Shown one piece after another: positions 62,469 through 64,000 of a stretch of 64,000 nucleotides of DNA (positions within the stretch are counted from its first letter, which is position 1; every line of letters starts with the position of its first letter). The DNA comes from an uncultured Acidobacteriota bacterium. GTDB lineage: Bacteria; Acidobacteriota; JAQAZP01. Position numbers and translations under genes: made by a program. The stretch covers positions 1 to 64,000 of the forward strand of contig CAWIIB010000008.1 of the NCBI GenBank assembly GCA_963836075.1, in the 5' to 3' direction. A model generated the notes under the pieces. It was not told the origin of the DNA. It worked only from the letters and a program-made list of their open reading frames with translations, and searched no databases.

Positions 62469-62809
62469 CGGTCGCAGGTTCCCTCCTCCCTGGCATATCC
62501 CCCTGCGTTTTCCGCAACGGGAGCCAGATTCACTTCAATCCCACACACCACATAACTTACGTCACGTGAGGCGTTCAGCCCATCGGATATTCCATGAGTC
62601 CCGAGTCGGGGATTTCCTTAGCCTCTTTCCGAAAACAGGGCCGGCAGTGGTGCCTTGACCTTCTCTCCACCCTGTCCTACCCTCGACAGTAAGAAATTTA
62701 CATCCCCACCGAACCGATCGGTATCATAACCCGGACCACGGCTGTCCGGGACCGCACCGGCCGTCACCGATAGCGGCAAGTGGGGCAACGTTTTCGAGGC
62801 ACCCGGACC

Positions 62810-64000
62810 GTGGACTGGCTGACCAGTTTACTGACCGCTTTGCTGCCATTTCTTGTGGTGGCTCTGGCCTCGGAGCGTTTCGGCCGCTGGTTCCGCCTGC
62901 TCCGGCTGCCACTGATCACCGGCTTCCTCTTCACCGGCATGCTCGCCGGCCCCTCGGTGCTCGGGCTGATCCCCGCCGAGGCCCTGCCCCGCCTGCGCTT
63001 TCTCGACGATATCGCCCTGGCGCTGATCGCCTTCGCCGCCGGCGGGGAACTCTATCTCGCCGACCTGCGCGGGAAGTACGGCCGTATCGGCGCCGTGTCG
63101 ACCGGTCTGGTGGTCGCCACCCTGCTCCTTTGCGTGCCGGGTTACTTCGTCCTGGGCTCCGGGCTGCCCGGAATGGACGAATTGGGCACCGCCGGCCTCT
63201 GGGCCGTGGCGTTGCTCGCCGCCGCGATCCTCGTCGCCCGCTCGCCCTCCTCGGCCATTGCCATCGTCCGCGAGCTCCGCGCCCGGGGCCCGTTCACCAG
63301 CACCGTTCTCGGGGTAACCGTCTTCTCCGACGTGGTGGTGATCGTTCTCTTTTCGGCGGCCATGGCTGTGGCCGACGCGGTACTCACCGCGGTGGCCTTC
63401 AACCCGGCGTTCATCGCACTCCTCCTTGCCGAACTGCTGGCGTCGCTGCTGGTGGGCGCCGTCGTCTGGAAGGCCATTTCCTTTCTCATGGGCCTCCAGC
63501 TGCCGCTGTCGCTGAAAACCGGCGGCCTGCTCAGCCTCGGTTGGGGCGTGTTCATGTTTTCCCGGCTGTTCCGGCAGTGGAGCCACCAGCATTTCGGTTT
63601 CGAGTTTCTCGTCGAACCGCTCTTCGTCTGCATGGTGGCCGGTTTTCTGGTCACCAACCGCAGCCGCTTCCGCGTAGACTTCGCCGAAGCGCTTCACCGG
63701 GCCGGCCCGCCTGTCTACACGGTGTTCTTCACGCTCACCGGTGCGTCATTGAACCTCGGCGTGCTTGCCGCCACCTGGCCCCTGGCCCTGTCCCTCTTCG
63801 CCATCCGGCTGGCCGGCATCGCTCTCGGTTCGGGCATCGGCGGCAAGATCGGCGGGGTTCCCGCCCGCTCCTGCCGCCTGAGCTGGATGGCTTACATCAC
63901 CCAGGCCGGCGTCGGCCTGGGCCTGGCCAAGAAGGTGGCCGACGAGTTCCCGGAGTGGGGTGGCGGGTTCGCCTCGGTGATGATCGCGGTGATCGTGCTC
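62810..64000 (+). CDS. Cation:proton antiporter (Na+/H+ exchanger family), runs off the window end; not in the ORF track
   Basis: GTG start, then MDWLTSLL..RLPLITGFLFTGMLAGPSVLGLI..IALALIAFAAGGEL..ARSPSSAIAIVRELRARGPFT..TQAGVGLGL; open to base 64000. Confidence 0.88.
   Translation, partial: MDWLTSLLTALLPFLVVALASERFGRWFRLLRLPLITGFLFTGMLAGPSVLGLIPAEALPRLRFLDDIALALIAFAAGGELYLADLRGKYGRIGAVSTGLVVATLLLCVPGYFVLGSGLPGMDELGTAGLWAVALLAAAILVARSPSSAIAIVRELRARGPFTSTVLGVTVFSDVVVIVLFSAAMAVADAVLTAVAFNPAFIALLLAELLASLLVGAVVWKAISFLMGLQLPLSLKTGGLLSLGWGVFMFSRLFRQWSHQHFGFEFLVEPLFVCMVAGFLVTNRSRFRVDFAEALHRAGPPVYTVFFTLTGASLNLGVLAATWPLALSLFAIRLAGIALGSGIGGKIGGVPARSCRLSWMAYITQAGVGLGLAKKVADEFPEWGGGFASVMIAVIVL

Noticed and set aside
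61500-62500. Prophage or island integrated at the tmRNA 3' end
   Set aside because: No integrase downstream and no duplicate of the ssrA 3' end noticed in the window.
62828-63697. 289-aa ORF on - strand
   Set aside because: The real gene is the + strand antiporter starting at 62810, missing from the track because it has no stop in the window.

Overview
High-GC bacterial genomic DNA from a diderm organism (LPS heptosyltransferase, TonB receptor with a carboxypeptidase-like N-domain, ECF/Ser-Thr kinase pairs). The gene content is Acidobacteriota-like, but taxonomy cannot be fixed from this window. The left ~29 kb is an accessory tandem array of a repeated module: an [ECF sigma + membrane Ser/Thr kinase with TPR ectodomain] operon divergent from a secreted parallel beta-helix protein, which is followed by a variable slot holding one of three different nucleotidyltransferase toxin-antitoxin pairs or a TonB receptor. 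The array carries conserved promoters, fossils of deletion and domain swapping, and two interchangeable C-terminal modules. One module (~120 aa, ending ...EDVTPxPYNQPPYPPxGD) also caps an unrelated multiheme cytochrome 10 kb away and is a candidate export or surface-anchoring signal. The right ~35 kb is mostly core genes: FhlA-like activator, MtfA, sulfatase-family protein, pckA, alcohol dehydrogenase, waaF, DHH phosphoesterase, GT-C, radical SAM/SPASM, citrate lyase citF and a citD-citE fusion, tmRNA and a cation/H+ antiporter. It also contains a FleQ-like/sigma54/FliA/FlgM/HD-GYP regulatory block with no flagellar structural genes beside it. Several genes have single-base frameshifts that look like read or assembly errors. 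All family calls come from motif recognition by eye, not database searches.
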